A stretch of DNA of 20,000 nt from an uncultured virus (IMG/VR IMGVR_UViG_3300035208_000814) (IMGVR_UViG_3300035208_000814), one strand, 5' to 3'. Positions 5,882 through 13,876 are shown, counted from the stretch's first letter. Numbers and translations: made by a program. Notes: generated by a model not told the origin, from the letters alone.

Positions 5882-6316
5882 ATGAACTTAAAGAACATGA
5901 TTATGGGCAAGTCAGCAATGATTTGTGAAACGAAGGCCGAAGTTGGAACAGAGACATTTAAGTATGATGTATATGGAGTATACAACGTAACTAATCCAAC
6001 AGCAGTTGTAAAGCAGAAGACCTATGATATAGGGATTGAAGGGTATGCAGACAAAATCGTAGTGAAGATCCTTGAACACAGTAAGTTGGGTGTACATTAT
6101 GAAGTTAAACGTCAGGAGTTTGCCGGATTCAATAGTGATGATGTCAAGAAATTCTACGATGGTTTCATTGAGAGTAAGCGTAATGAATACTCCGAAATTA
6201 CCAAGACATCAAAGGCCGAATATGAGAAGGCCACAATGGAGAAGAATGCAGTTAAAGTTTACGAACAGAATTTAGTGGCATTAATAGCACAGATCCAGAA
6301 AGGAAAGTTAAACTAA
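5882..6316 (+). CDS. Hypothetical protein, paralog of 142-579
   Basis: GAGGG SD; shared FxxFNxDDxKxFYD motif; near-identical length. Confidence 0.8.
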   Translation: MNLKNMIMGKSAMICETKAEVGTETFKYDVYGVYNVTNPTAVVKQKTYDIGIEGYADKIVVKILEHSKLGVHYEVKRQEFAGFNSDDVKKFYDGFIESKRNEYSEITKTSKAEYEKATMEKNAVKVYEQNLVALIAQIQKGKLN

Positions 6317-6335
6317 TTAATACGGAGAGATTAAA

Positions 6336-6635
6336 ATGAAGATTGGTAACATGGAATTAAGTGGCATTACTAAGGTAATGTTCTACCGGAAGAATCTTTT
6401 TGAACGAATGCCCACTGGAAAGGGTGGTTTCTACTGGTTTGATGCCAAGAGATGTAAATTCATTAGCGACAGGGACATTGTAGAGGTAATCAATGGCTGT
6501 AACAATAACCCAAAGAAACACGTATGGAGTCACGGCGACACCATAAATGTCATCAGAAAGGATCAGCGCGAAACATCCCGGTCAATCCTTCAAGCCCCCA
6601 TTTTACGGGCTGAAAGGACAATCCCCCTCTGGTGA
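6336..6635 (+). CDS. Hypothetical protein
   Basis: GGAG SD; ORF track. Confidence 0.7.
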   Translation: MKIGNMELSGITKVMFYRKNLFERMPTGKGGFYWFDAKRCKFISDRDIVEVINGCNNNPKKHVWSHGDTINVIRKDQRETSRSILQAPILRAERTIPLW

Positions 6636-6637
6636 CG

Positions 6638-6670
6638 GCGTAACCTTTATATACTTATAAGTCAACCTAG
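6638..6670 (+). promoter_or_regulatory. Archaeal-type promoter for the ncRNA array/Ro60 locus
   Basis: TTTATATA at 6646-6653; ATACTTATAAGTCAA matches ATACTTTCAAGTCAA at 1101. Confidence 0.65.
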
Positions 6671-6756
6671 TAGGTAGAGGCTGTGTTCATTTACGGTTAC
6701 TTCACTTTGACCTTGAAACTAACACCGTAGATACTAGTTCTCCTCTAACTAACTAG
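6667..6756 (+). ncRNA. Candidate Y RNA 1
   Basis: TAGAGG/CCTCTA outer stem; TGTG..GTTCT internal loop; ATTTACGGT/ACCGTAGAT inner stem; TACTTC loop start; upstream of Ro60. Confidence 0.7.
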
Positions 6757-6786
6757 CAATAGTCAAGTTAACAGTTCAATGGATAC

Positions 6787-6859
6787 TAATGGGATGTGGA
6801 AGTTTACAGTTACTTCACACTTGGCGAAATTATCACTGTAGACAATTGTTCTCCCGTTA
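6787..6859 (+). ncRNA. Candidate Y RNA 2
   Basis: TAATGGGA/TCCCGTTA; TGTGGAA..GTTC; GTTTACAGT/ACTGTAGAC; TACTTC. Confidence 0.7.
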
Positions 6860-6967
6860 TTCCTTGATAAGTTTCAGTATATAAGTCCTTCCCGAAAAGG
6901 ATGAGGCTGCCGTTTGGTGGTGTGACGAAGTAGGGAAGGCATAATTAAAAATAAAACATAATATATC

Positions 6968-7046
6968 ATGATAGGTTGCGAGAGATTACAGTTACTCCTT
7001 GCCTTGGAAAGATAACTAACACTGTAATCATTAATTCTCCTATTAT
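6968..7046 (+). ncRNA. Candidate Y RNA 3
   Basis: ATGATAGG/CCTATTAT; TGCG..ATTCT; GATTACAGT/ACTGTAATC; TACTCC. Confidence 0.7.
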
Positions 7047-7151
7047 TAATTGACATCTACAGTGGTATAATTATCCTTAAATGGGTAGTAGATGTATGAG
7101 CGAGGAGATTACCACTGAATCCTCAATCCCAATTACCAGTGAAATATTACA

Positions 7152-7247
7152 TGAGTAAGTTGCGTATATTACAGTTACTTCTTGGTTACAAAACACACAG
7201 ACTAATCATCTGTATTATTTATCTGTAATAGCCTGTTCTCTTACTCA
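7152..7247 (+). ncRNA. Candidate Y RNA 4
   Basis: TGAGTAAG/CTTACTCA; TGCG..GTTCT; TATTACAG/CTGTAATA; TACTTC; extra ACAGA/TCTGT hairpin in the loop. Confidence 0.7.
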
Positions 7248-7337
7248 ACCTTGATACGACTTAATTGTATTGACGGATAATGTGCAAAAGTGTCGGTAGT
7301 CACTATAAAAACTACCATTAATTTTGAAGTGATTTTT

Positions 7338-8027
7338 ATGCGTACTAACACAAAGAGTGTAAACCATCCAAAACCATCTAAATTACAAAACACATCAAGT
7401 AATGAAATAGAGAATAAGGTTAACCTGTATACACAAGTAGCAAGTTGCCTTGTAAATGAAGATAAGTTCTATGAATCAGGTAAAAATGCTAATAAGAACC
7501 TGCTAGAATCTATTAAGAAAGTAGATGATACAGAATGGATTTTGAAGTTAGCGACTTATGCCCGAAACGAATTACACCTAAGAACTGTACCATTAGTGCT
7601 AACTTCTGAGATAGCATTGGACTCTAACCGTAATAAAGATTTCGGTGCAAGGAAATATGTTAATGCAGTAGTTCAGCGTCCAGATGAGATACCCGAATTG
7701 TTAGCATATAACAAACAAAGATGTGCAGAGTTAGGGAGAGACAAATTACCGCAAATGATTCTCAAAGGTCTAACCCCAGTGTGGTCAAAATTTGGTAGAT
7801 ACCACATTGCCAAATACCGTAAAGATGATAGTAAGTTCACTCTCCGTGATGCAATGTTCTTAACTCATCCAATGCCATCTGACGAGTTAGAGACGACATA
7901 TAATGAACTTGCCAACAAAACATTAAAGTTAGACGAATCTACAGAAACATGGGAGTCATATATCAGTGAGCATGGTTCAACCAGAGAGAATTGGGAACAT
8001 ATAATTGATATGTGGATAATTACATAG
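7338..8027 (+). CDS. Ro60/TROVE ribonucleoprotein, N-terminal part
   Basis: EDKFYES, KLATYARNELHLRTVP, VQRPDE, AKY, LRDAMFLTHP, ETWE motifs typical of TROVE; ATG 7338 after GTGA preferred to GTG 7290. Confidence 0.9.
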   Translation: MRTNTKSVNHPKPSKLQNTSSNEIENKVNLYTQVASCLVNEDKFYESGKNANKNLLESIKKVDDTEWILKLATYARNELHLRTVPLVLTSEIALDSNRNKDFGARKYVNAVVQRPDEIPELLAYNKQRCAELGRDKLPQMILKGLTPVWSKFGRYHIAKYRKDDSKFTLRDAMFLTHPMPSDELETTYNELANKTLKLDESTETWESYISEHGSTRENWEHIIDMWIIT

Positions 8028-8035
8028 TAATAATC

Positions 8036-8707
8036 ATGAGAAATTATAAGAAGTGGACAGAGGAAGAGAATACTTATTTACGTCTCAATTGGTGTAGAGC
8101 ATCTGAACATGAGTTAGAGACTACACTAGGGCGTAAGTTTACTGCTATAAATAGACAAGCATTCATGAACGGTATATCTGGAAGAGAAATTAATAGAAAG
8201 TTATGGTCTGATTCTGATATACAATATTTAACAGAGAATTGGGTATGGAGTAGTAAAGAAGAACTAGAATACCACCTCAATCGAAATATTAATGCTATAA
8301 AGCGTCAAGCGTACTTGTTAAAACTACCTAGGCGCGTAGCCCGTGGTAAGAATTGCTTTAAGTTTATATCTAGTATAGATGGTAAATCATATAATGCATT
8401 CTATAGCCGTGGGTATGCCTTGGTACGTATTAACAGAAAGAATATACCATTACATAGAGTAGAAATGGAGAAACTACTAGGTAGGAAATTATCACCCAAT
8501 GAGAGAGTTCATCATAAAAATGGCATTAAGAATGATAATAGACCAGAAAACTTAATATTATATGATAATCATATGAGACATGCTCATATAGATACCAGAC
8601 GTGCCGAAATTGCTGAACAGTTCATAGCAGAAAAACAACTTATAAAGGAGTATGAGGATTATTATGAAAGTAAAACAGGTAAACAATTATATGGCTATGT
8701 TGCGTAA
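8036..8707 (+). CDS. HNH homing endonuclease with two Myb/SANT-like HTH repeats, inserted in Ro60
   Basis: WTEEENTYL.. and WSDSDIQYL.. repeats; LHRVEMEKLLGRKL...VHHKNGIKNDNRPENL HNH motif. Confidence 0.88.
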   Translation: MRNYKKWTEEENTYLRLNWCRASEHELETTLGRKFTAINRQAFMNGISGREINRKLWSDSDIQYLTENWVWSSKEELEYHLNRNINAIKRQAYLLKLPRRVARGKNCFKFISSIDGKSYNAFYSRGYALVRINRKNIPLHRVEMEKLLGRKLSPNERVHHKNGIKNDNRPENLILYDNHMRHAHIDTRRAEIAEQFIAEKQLIKEYEDYYESKTGKQLYGYVA

Positions 8708-9464
8708 TTTGAATAACATAACTAAAGTGGGTGTATCACAGCATCATATTGATAAAGTATGTGCCGCGTTAACTGATGTTAATGCTGTAGAGAAGTCCAA
8801 ACAGTTACCCTTTAGGTTTTTTACGGCTTACAAGCAACTTGGGGGAGAATATTCTATATGGGCGAAATCCCTTGAACAGGCCATGACAATATCATGTGCT
8901 AATATCCCTAAACTAAGTGGACGAACAGCCATATTAGTAGACACATCGGGCTCAATGCATTCAGCAATCAGTGGTAAATCCTCTGTACAATGTGTAGAGA
9001 TTGCCTCATTAATGGGGGCTATGCTACATCATGTATCAAATGATAATGTAGTTATCACATTTGATTCAGATGCATTTGTAGTCAACCAACTAATAGGGGA
9101 ATCTGTATTATATGATGCTAATATGATATGGACTAGCCGTAATGGTGGGGTAACATATCTATATAAAGCACTGGAATTAATGATTAAGCAGAGAATATAC
9201 GTTGATCGTATCATTGTATTAAGTGATATGCAGACGTATGGGGCACAAGAGAAAAGATACCTTGATATGTATAAAAATGTAGGTAATCCTAATGTTAAGA
9301 CATTCACAGTGGATTTACAAGGTTATTCCCACAATTCAAATACATTAGGTTCAGATAATGTCTATCAACTGGCCGGATATTCTGATCGTATCTTTAATCT
9401 TATCGCAGCGTATGATCAAGATTCAGCCGCCATCGTCAATTATATTCAGAATCTAGTGGTGTAA
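8664..9464 (+). CDS. Ro60/TROVE C-terminal part with vWA domain
   Basis: YMAMLRNL, SKQLPFRF, MIDAS DTSGSM, GGVT, IIVLSDMQ, VDLQGY, GYSD; same reading frame as the N-terminal part; start at 8652 or 8664. Confidence 0.9.
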   Translation: MKVKQVNNYMAMLRNLNNITKVGVSQHHIDKVCAALTDVNAVEKSKQLPFRFFTAYKQLGGEYSIWAKSLEQAMTISCANIPKLSGRTAILVDTSGSMHSAISGKSSVQCVEIASLMGAMLHHVSNDNVVITFDSDAFVVNQLIGESVLYDANMIWTSRNGGVTYLYKALELMIKQRIYVDRIIVLSDMQTYGAQEKRYLDMYKNVGNPNVKTFTVDLQGYSHNSNTLGSDNVYQLAGYSDRIFNLIAAYDQDSAAIVNYIQNLVV

Positions 9465-9500
9465 CAATACCTTTAAGTAATATTACAACCAATATTATTT
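9465..9500 (+). promoter_or_regulatory. Probable archaeal promoter
   Basis: CCTTTAAGTA at 9470-9479, about 22 nt before GGG 9501; resembles CCTTTATATA at 6644. Confidence 0.5.
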
Positions 9501-9606
9501 GGGTACGGTATTACAATGCCACAGTAATATTGACCTTATGTTTTTGCCAAAAGACAATGTGAGGGACCAATCTCCCTCTTTTAACCTTACTTACAGAGTG
9601 AACACT

Positions 9607-10080
9607 ATGAAAGTATTATATGATACAAGACCGGGAACTAATGGTGGTGAAGTGGATAGATACTATACATTCCCTGATGGTCTTAAACTACACGTTTACG
9701 AAACACCGTGGATGGTAGATGAACCTAGAAAGAAAATAAAGGAGGAGAAACCAATGGTTTTATATGCAAGAGTTAAATTTGAAAGTGGAGATAAACAATA
9801 TGATTATCTAACATACATCACAGGACTTAAACCGGGAGATGATGTAATAGTAGAAGCGGGATCAGGAATTGCCTATGGTAAATTTGCCGGGTATTCATCT
9901 ATCCGTGGAATGGGTACTAAGTTTATTACAGCGAAGGTTGATGGTAATTTCATTGAGAATACCAGAGTTAAGCGTGATGCAATAGTGTATGGTAACAAAT
10001 GCTTTACTCATTACAAATATAGTGATATAAATTGTCAGGTATGTTTAATATCATCATCTTGTAAAGAGAGAACCAATTAA
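9607..10080 (+). CDS. Hypothetical viral protein (alternative internal start 9754)
   Basis: VKF...YDYLT...LKPGDDVIVE beta-rich motif; GGAGG before ATG 9754; C-terminal Cys cluster. Confidence 0.65.
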   Translation: MKVLYDTRPGTNGGEVDRYYTFPDGLKLHVYETPWMVDEPRKKIKEEKPMVLYARVKFESGDKQYDYLTYITGLKPGDDVIVEAGSGIAYGKFAGYSSIRGMGTKFITAKVDGNFIENTRVKRDAIVYGNKCFTHYKYSDINCQVCLISSSCKERTN

Positions 10081-10370
10081 TGATATGGCAGGATGCGGTA
10101 ATATCAGTAGGTTCAGTAGTATTCACGATAGCATTGATACCCCAATTAAAAGACTGTATATACAATAAGGCAATTGTAAATGTTTGGAGTGCATCAATGA
10201 CCTCAATAATACTATTCATCTACTGTATAACCTATTACACCCTCTCAATGTATATAGCAGCAATACCATTAACAGCAACAGTTTGGGGCATGATTGCCAT
10301 GTATTCATTCAAAAATCAAAGACTGACCTCCGTTTGTCAAATCGAGTCCGATACACTCAGAAAGTATTAA
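10080..10370 (+). CDS. PQ-loop/SemiSWEET-like three-TM membrane protein
   Basis: TM1 ends in LIPQL; three hydrophobic segments in 96 aa. Confidence 0.7.
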   Translation: MIWQDAVISVGSVVFTIALIPQLKDCIYNKAIVNVWSASMTSIILFIYCITYYTLSMYIAAIPLTATVWGMIAMYSFKNQRLTSVCQIESDTLRKY

Positions 10371-10398
10371 ATACTTATACCTCATATATAGTATTAGG
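10359..10398 (+). promoter_or_regulatory. Probable archaeal promoter
   Basis: GAAAGTA-TTAAATACTT; same TTAAATACTT core as at 1097. Confidence 0.55.
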
Positions 10399-10686
10399 TT
10401 GACATCAATGGACAAGATTAGTGATTTAAAGTTAATGTTTCAAAAAGACATGGACACTGTTAAGCGGGGTGGAAAAGCCATACGTATCCGACAGTTTATA
10501 GATAACTTGGCAGACGAGATTGGCCTGTATCTACTCCCCTATGATGGTGTCTTAAACATTGCTAGTATCTGTCTTGAAGATGTCAACAAAACTCATTTTA
10601 AAAATGTAGTTAAGAGGACTTGGAGAGTATCGCTTGATGAAGATGGAACCGAATGGATTATGGTAAATAGTCCGATTAAGAGGTGA
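10399..10686 (+). CDS. Hypothetical protein
   Basis: ORF track; TTG about 25 nt after the TATA, possibly leaderless. Confidence 0.65.
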   Translation: MTSMDKISDLKLMFQKDMDTVKRGGKAIRIRQFIDNLADEIGLYLLPYDGVLNIASICLEDVNKTHFKNVVKRTWRVSLDEDGTEWIMVNSPIKR

Positions 10687-10928
10687 TTACAGTGAGAGTT
10701 AATGTTATTGTTGATAAATTCAACGGTATTGACGCTAGTGAGGTTTATGTTGATGACTTAATAAACATGATTAAGTTAGAACAGAACCTTACAGAAGAAC
10801 CCCGTGGGGATATATCAGTTTATAATTCACTTCGTAAGTACATTCTCAATCACAATCTACGTATATCCGTGAAGTTGCGCGGAGGTAGAGTAATGTTGAT
10901 TAGGAATGAAGCGGTTGGAACGGATTAG
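10683..10928 (+). CDS. Hypothetical protein
   Basis: GTGA start/stop overlap. Confidence 0.65.
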   Translation: MITVRVNVIVDKFNGIDASEVYVDDLINMIKLEQNLTEEPRGDISVYNSLRKYILNHNLRISVKLRGGRVMLIRNEAVGTD

Positions 10929-11151
10929 GCAGTATGTATTTGCTGAATGGGATAAAGATTATGCCTATGAAACAACTGACATATCTGTAGTATTGCAATG
11001 TGACAATAGAGTGTCCCGATATTACCTAATGAAGATGGTTAATGAGGGTATTCTAAAACAACTAAAGTATCATGGGCACACATGGTATATCCACAGTAAT
11101 CAAGCCCATGAGTTTAAACAGTATCGACACATCGGAGTCAGGATACTATAA
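10906..11151 (+). CDS. Winged helix-turn-helix protein
   Basis: TTDISVVLQCDNRVSRYYLMKMVNEGIL...TWY pattern. Confidence 0.65.
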   Translation: MKRLERIRQYVFAEWDKDYAYETTDISVVLQCDNRVSRYYLMKMVNEGILKQLKYHGHTWYIHSNQAHEFKQYRHIGVRIL

Positions 11152-11218
11152 TTGAAAATTATTAGGTTACTTTTTCCTAATAAATTAACTGATCAGTAAA
11201 TTAAATGGAGGAATTTAA

Positions 11219-12214
11219 ATGGCTAAAACAACTAAAGCAACAACTGAAATCGACACAAAGAAATTTGTAGAGATGCTTGTAAAGGCAGAATTTTCACAAA
11301 CTGACGCACAGAAGTCAGTGGATACATTAGTGGCAGCAGTAAACGCAAATATGGGTGACGAACCTGTATCAGTAAAGACTAATGTAATTCTCAAAAAGAT
11401 TAGAGAGAAGATCAAAGCAGCAAAGATGATTACAAAGGATGTCATTGTCCTAACAGTTGGGGAAAGGCGTGACTCTAACAACAAGAACCGCACTGACGCA
11501 TTAAAGATGTATCATGAAAATGCAGATGCAGCACTATCACAGGGTCTTATCAAGATGATTAGGGGAGAGCCTACACCTGTAGACAACAAGCCCACACTTG
11601 ATAAAGCCGGGAAGTGGGAGAACAAGAACTACGGCAAACCGTGGCCTGTTAAAATGATACGCGACATCACAGTGTTAATGGACAACAACATCACTGCACT
11701 CTACGTAGACATCAATGTAGAAGTTGGGGGTAAATATAAAGTCTATGGTAAGATGTCAGCAGACGGAAATAATTTCTACGCATCTAATGATCCATCACCC
11801 ATCTTTGTAAGCAAGATGACACCCATTGAATTGTACAACGCAGCATACGAAGTTATGAAGACATCTGATTATGCATTTGATGTATACGGGGCAACAGAAA
11901 CCGATGTCACTAACAAGGTTGTAATGGTAAAGGGATATGCACAAACCATTGGGACAACTGGCAGTGGAAAGGGTAAAGTCCGTATTAATGATGACAGTGG
12001 AGCGGCAATCACTGGATTTGCACAGGACAATGTATTGTCAGAAGCAATGCAGAGGGTAACTGTCAACTCCGAGGTCATTTTAATCGGTAGGTTACAGGAC
12101 TCAGACAATCCAGATTTCGGTAGATCACTGAAAGCAACTGGAATGATTGTTAACCCACAGTCAAGTGCAGCATCATCCGGTGCAATGGACAAACTGAAAG
12201 ACTTAGACTTCTAA
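11219..12214 (+). CDS. Probable OB-fold single-stranded DNA-binding protein (RPA-like)
   Basis: GGAGG SD; OB-like strands (VRINDDSG, EVILIGRL, VGGKYKVYGK); acidic-aromatic tail DLDF; near the Sak4-like ATPase. Confidence 0.6.
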   Translation: MAKTTKATTEIDTKKFVEMLVKAEFSQTDAQKSVDTLVAAVNANMGDEPVSVKTNVILKKIREKIKAAKMITKDVIVLTVGERRDSNNKNRTDALKMYHENADAALSQGLIKMIRGEPTPVDNKPTLDKAGKWENKNYGKPWPVKMIRDITVLMDNNITALYVDINVEVGGKYKVYGKMSADGNNFYASNDPSPIFVSKMTPIELYNAAYEVMKTSDYAFDVYGATETDVTNKVVMVKGYAQTIGTTGSGKGKVRINDDSGAAITGFAQDNVLSEAMQRVTVNSEVILIGRLQDSDNPDFGRSLKATGMIVNPQSSAASSGAMDKLKDLDF

Positions 12215-12240
12215 GTATTTCTTTTATTATATATTTTTTT
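12215..12240 (+). terminator. Oligo-T archaeal-type terminator
   Basis: T-rich tract ending in T7 right after the stop. Confidence 0.5.
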
Positions 12241-12272
12241 ATAAGTATAACAATGATAGCGGAGTATACTAA

Positions 12273-12644
12273 ATGACAAATGAAAAAGCGGGTATTGGTA
12301 TATGGTTAACTGTATGGGCTATTCTAGCGTTACTGGGATATTTCATCTATAGTGGAGTTAATGGAGCATTAGCAATACTACTAATATATCTAGTAGTTGG
12401 TTTCTGTACATTACTATCAATCATACCATTCGTAGGTATTTTCTTACAGAATGGATTTGTGACTAATACAGTATTCCCATACCTATTCAAAATAACCGGG
12501 ATATATTCAACATGGTTAACAGACGTAATCTACGTATATTACCTAGTTATCGGTAGTATCATGTGTGTAATAATGTCCGGTGCAGTTATATTTATTATAC
12601 TTGCATTTATATTCGGAATGCGTATTAAGAAACCGTGGAAGTAA
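12273..12644 (+). CDS. Multi-TM membrane protein
   Basis: GGAG SD; highly hydrophobic; IIPFVG motif; T7 tract downstream. Confidence 0.8.
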   Translation: MTNEKAGIGIWLTVWAILALLGYFIYSGVNGALAILLIYLVVGFCTLLSIIPFVGIFLQNGFVTNTVFPYLFKITGIYSTWLTDVIYVYYLVIGSIMCVIMSGAVIFIILAFIFGMRIKKPWK

Positions 12645-12728
12645 TCTCACTATATTATTTTTTTATACATAACTATTTTACATATCACTTACATATTACT
12701 AACTAACACAATACCGTGGAGGTATTAC

Positions 12729-13556
12729 ATGGCAATAGGACAAACAGTAGTTAATAAGAAAGAAGAGGCAAAGAAGTCTGCTATAGATGATATAGCATTT
12801 GAAGATTTATTTACCCCGGCGACAGAGATTAAAGCAGGGAAAGGACTTAAGATAGGGATATATGGGAGAGCCAAAGTTGGTAAGTCTCATTTTGCATTAA
12901 CATTCCCCAAAGGTATAATATATGTCATTGACACTGAGGGGGCAATCAAAACTAATGTACAGGTTCTTGATGATACATTCAAGTCTCGTATTAAAGTATT
13001 TGAAGTAATGCAATACAGTTCATCCTTAGAAGAAGAGGGGGATATGGATTTCTCTGAGACATTAAAAGTATTAGAGAAGGCAATTAGGAAAACAATTGCG
13101 GCGAATAAGGGCAAAGAAGATGTAACACTTGTAGTTGATTCAGCCACGGACATGTGGGATTGGTTATCTATATGGGTTACAGATGAAGCGGAAGGTGTCA
13201 AACACATAGCAGGTGGAGATAAAGTCAACAGACTAGAATGGGGTAAACCTAATAAACGCTATACCCGTATGATAGATAATTTAGTACGTAGCGGTTGTAA
13301 CGTCATCATGACATTCCGGGCAAAGCCAATGGTAGATAGTCAGGGCTGTGATGTTGGTGTAGATACAGCAAGATGGCAGAAGAACACCGATTACAAACTA
13401 GACTTGATTGTACATATGGTAAAGGTTGGTAAGGAACGTACACTAAAGTTTGATGGGGGAAGATATGGTGACAATATACCAGAGTTGAAAGATCCATCGT
13501 GGCCCAAATTGTTAAAGCACCTTGAAACCCATAGTGGTGTTAAAATTGACCACTGA
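12729..13556 (+). CDS. AAA_24/Sak4-like RecA-fold ATPase
   Basis: Walker A GRAKVGKS; IDTEG; Walker B LVVDS; GGAGGT SD. Confidence 0.85.
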   Translation: MAIGQTVVNKKEEAKKSAIDDIAFEDLFTPATEIKAGKGLKIGIYGRAKVGKSHFALTFPKGIIYVIDTEGAIKTNVQVLDDTFKSRIKVFEVMQYSSSLEEEGDMDFSETLKVLEKAIRKTIAANKGKEDVTLVVDSATDMWDWLSIWVTDEAEGVKHIAGGDKVNRLEWGKPNKRYTRMIDNLVRSGCNVIMTFRAKPMVDSQGCDVGVDTARWQKNTDYKLDLIVHMVKVGKERTLKFDGGRYGDNIPELKDPSWPKLLKHLETHSGVKIDH

Positions 13557-13836
13557 TTCATTTGACTCTACTAAAGTAATTGAGATTTGCCCCATAGGTG
13601 AATCTAGAGGTAGAGTAATAGGAGTTGGTGAATTAATAGAATATAGATTTACTATATTAATACCAGATGAATTTAAGATAGATAATGTTGTCGTTAAACC
13701 AAAAGTATTCATTAAGATGATAAAATATCTTGGGGATAGATGGATAAATGTATCAGATGTATATGCTAAACAACTAATGGTTCCATCTTCACGTTATAAA
13801 GACTGTACATCAATGTTGGTGGATAAGGTAGAGTGA
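13546..13836 (+). CDS. Hypothetical protein
   Basis: TTG 13546 after GGTG preferred (track start 13522). Confidence 0.6.
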   Translation: MTTDSFDSTKVIEICPIGESRGRVIGVGELIEYRFTILIPDEFKIDNVVVKPKVFIKMIKYLGDRWINVSDVYAKQLMVPSSRYKDCTSMLVDKVE

Positions 13837-13876
13837 TTACATTAACTATAAGAAGGAGACAAACAAATCTACATAT

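Noticed and set aside
6667..7247. CRISPR-like or mini-CRISPR array (a Cas4-like gene is present in the window)
   Set aside because: Repeats are degenerate, irregularly spaced and conserved in pairing rather than sequence; this fits structured RNAs
7282..7330. Fifth Y-like unit (GGTAGT/ACTACC followed by ATTAATTTT)
   Set aside because: Lacks the TTACAG/TACTTC core and a solid outer stem; at most a degenerate copy
8022..8033. Pyrrolysine/amber read-through or T4 gene 60-type bypass at ACA-TAG
   Set aside because: TAG is followed by TAA TAA; nearby ACA landing codons are not in the Ro frame
8023..8669. Splicing at the inner CATA/TATG bulge-helix-bulge alone
   Set aside because: It would leave the TAG in exon 1 and be out of frame; only conceivable as a nested first step
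8014..8682. Group I or group II intron in Ro60
   Set aside because: The insert is fully occupied by the HNH ORF; no ribozyme core or domain V recognisable
9499..9606. N-terminal extension of the 9499-10080 ORF
   Set aside because: TTG lies at the predicted transcription start and the region folds into hairpins; ATG 9607 is more plausible
11159..11183. Inverted repeat TTATTAGG/CCTAATAA before the SSB gene as an operator or origin
   Set aside because: Single short AT-rich instance that cannot be distinguished from chance or a terminator
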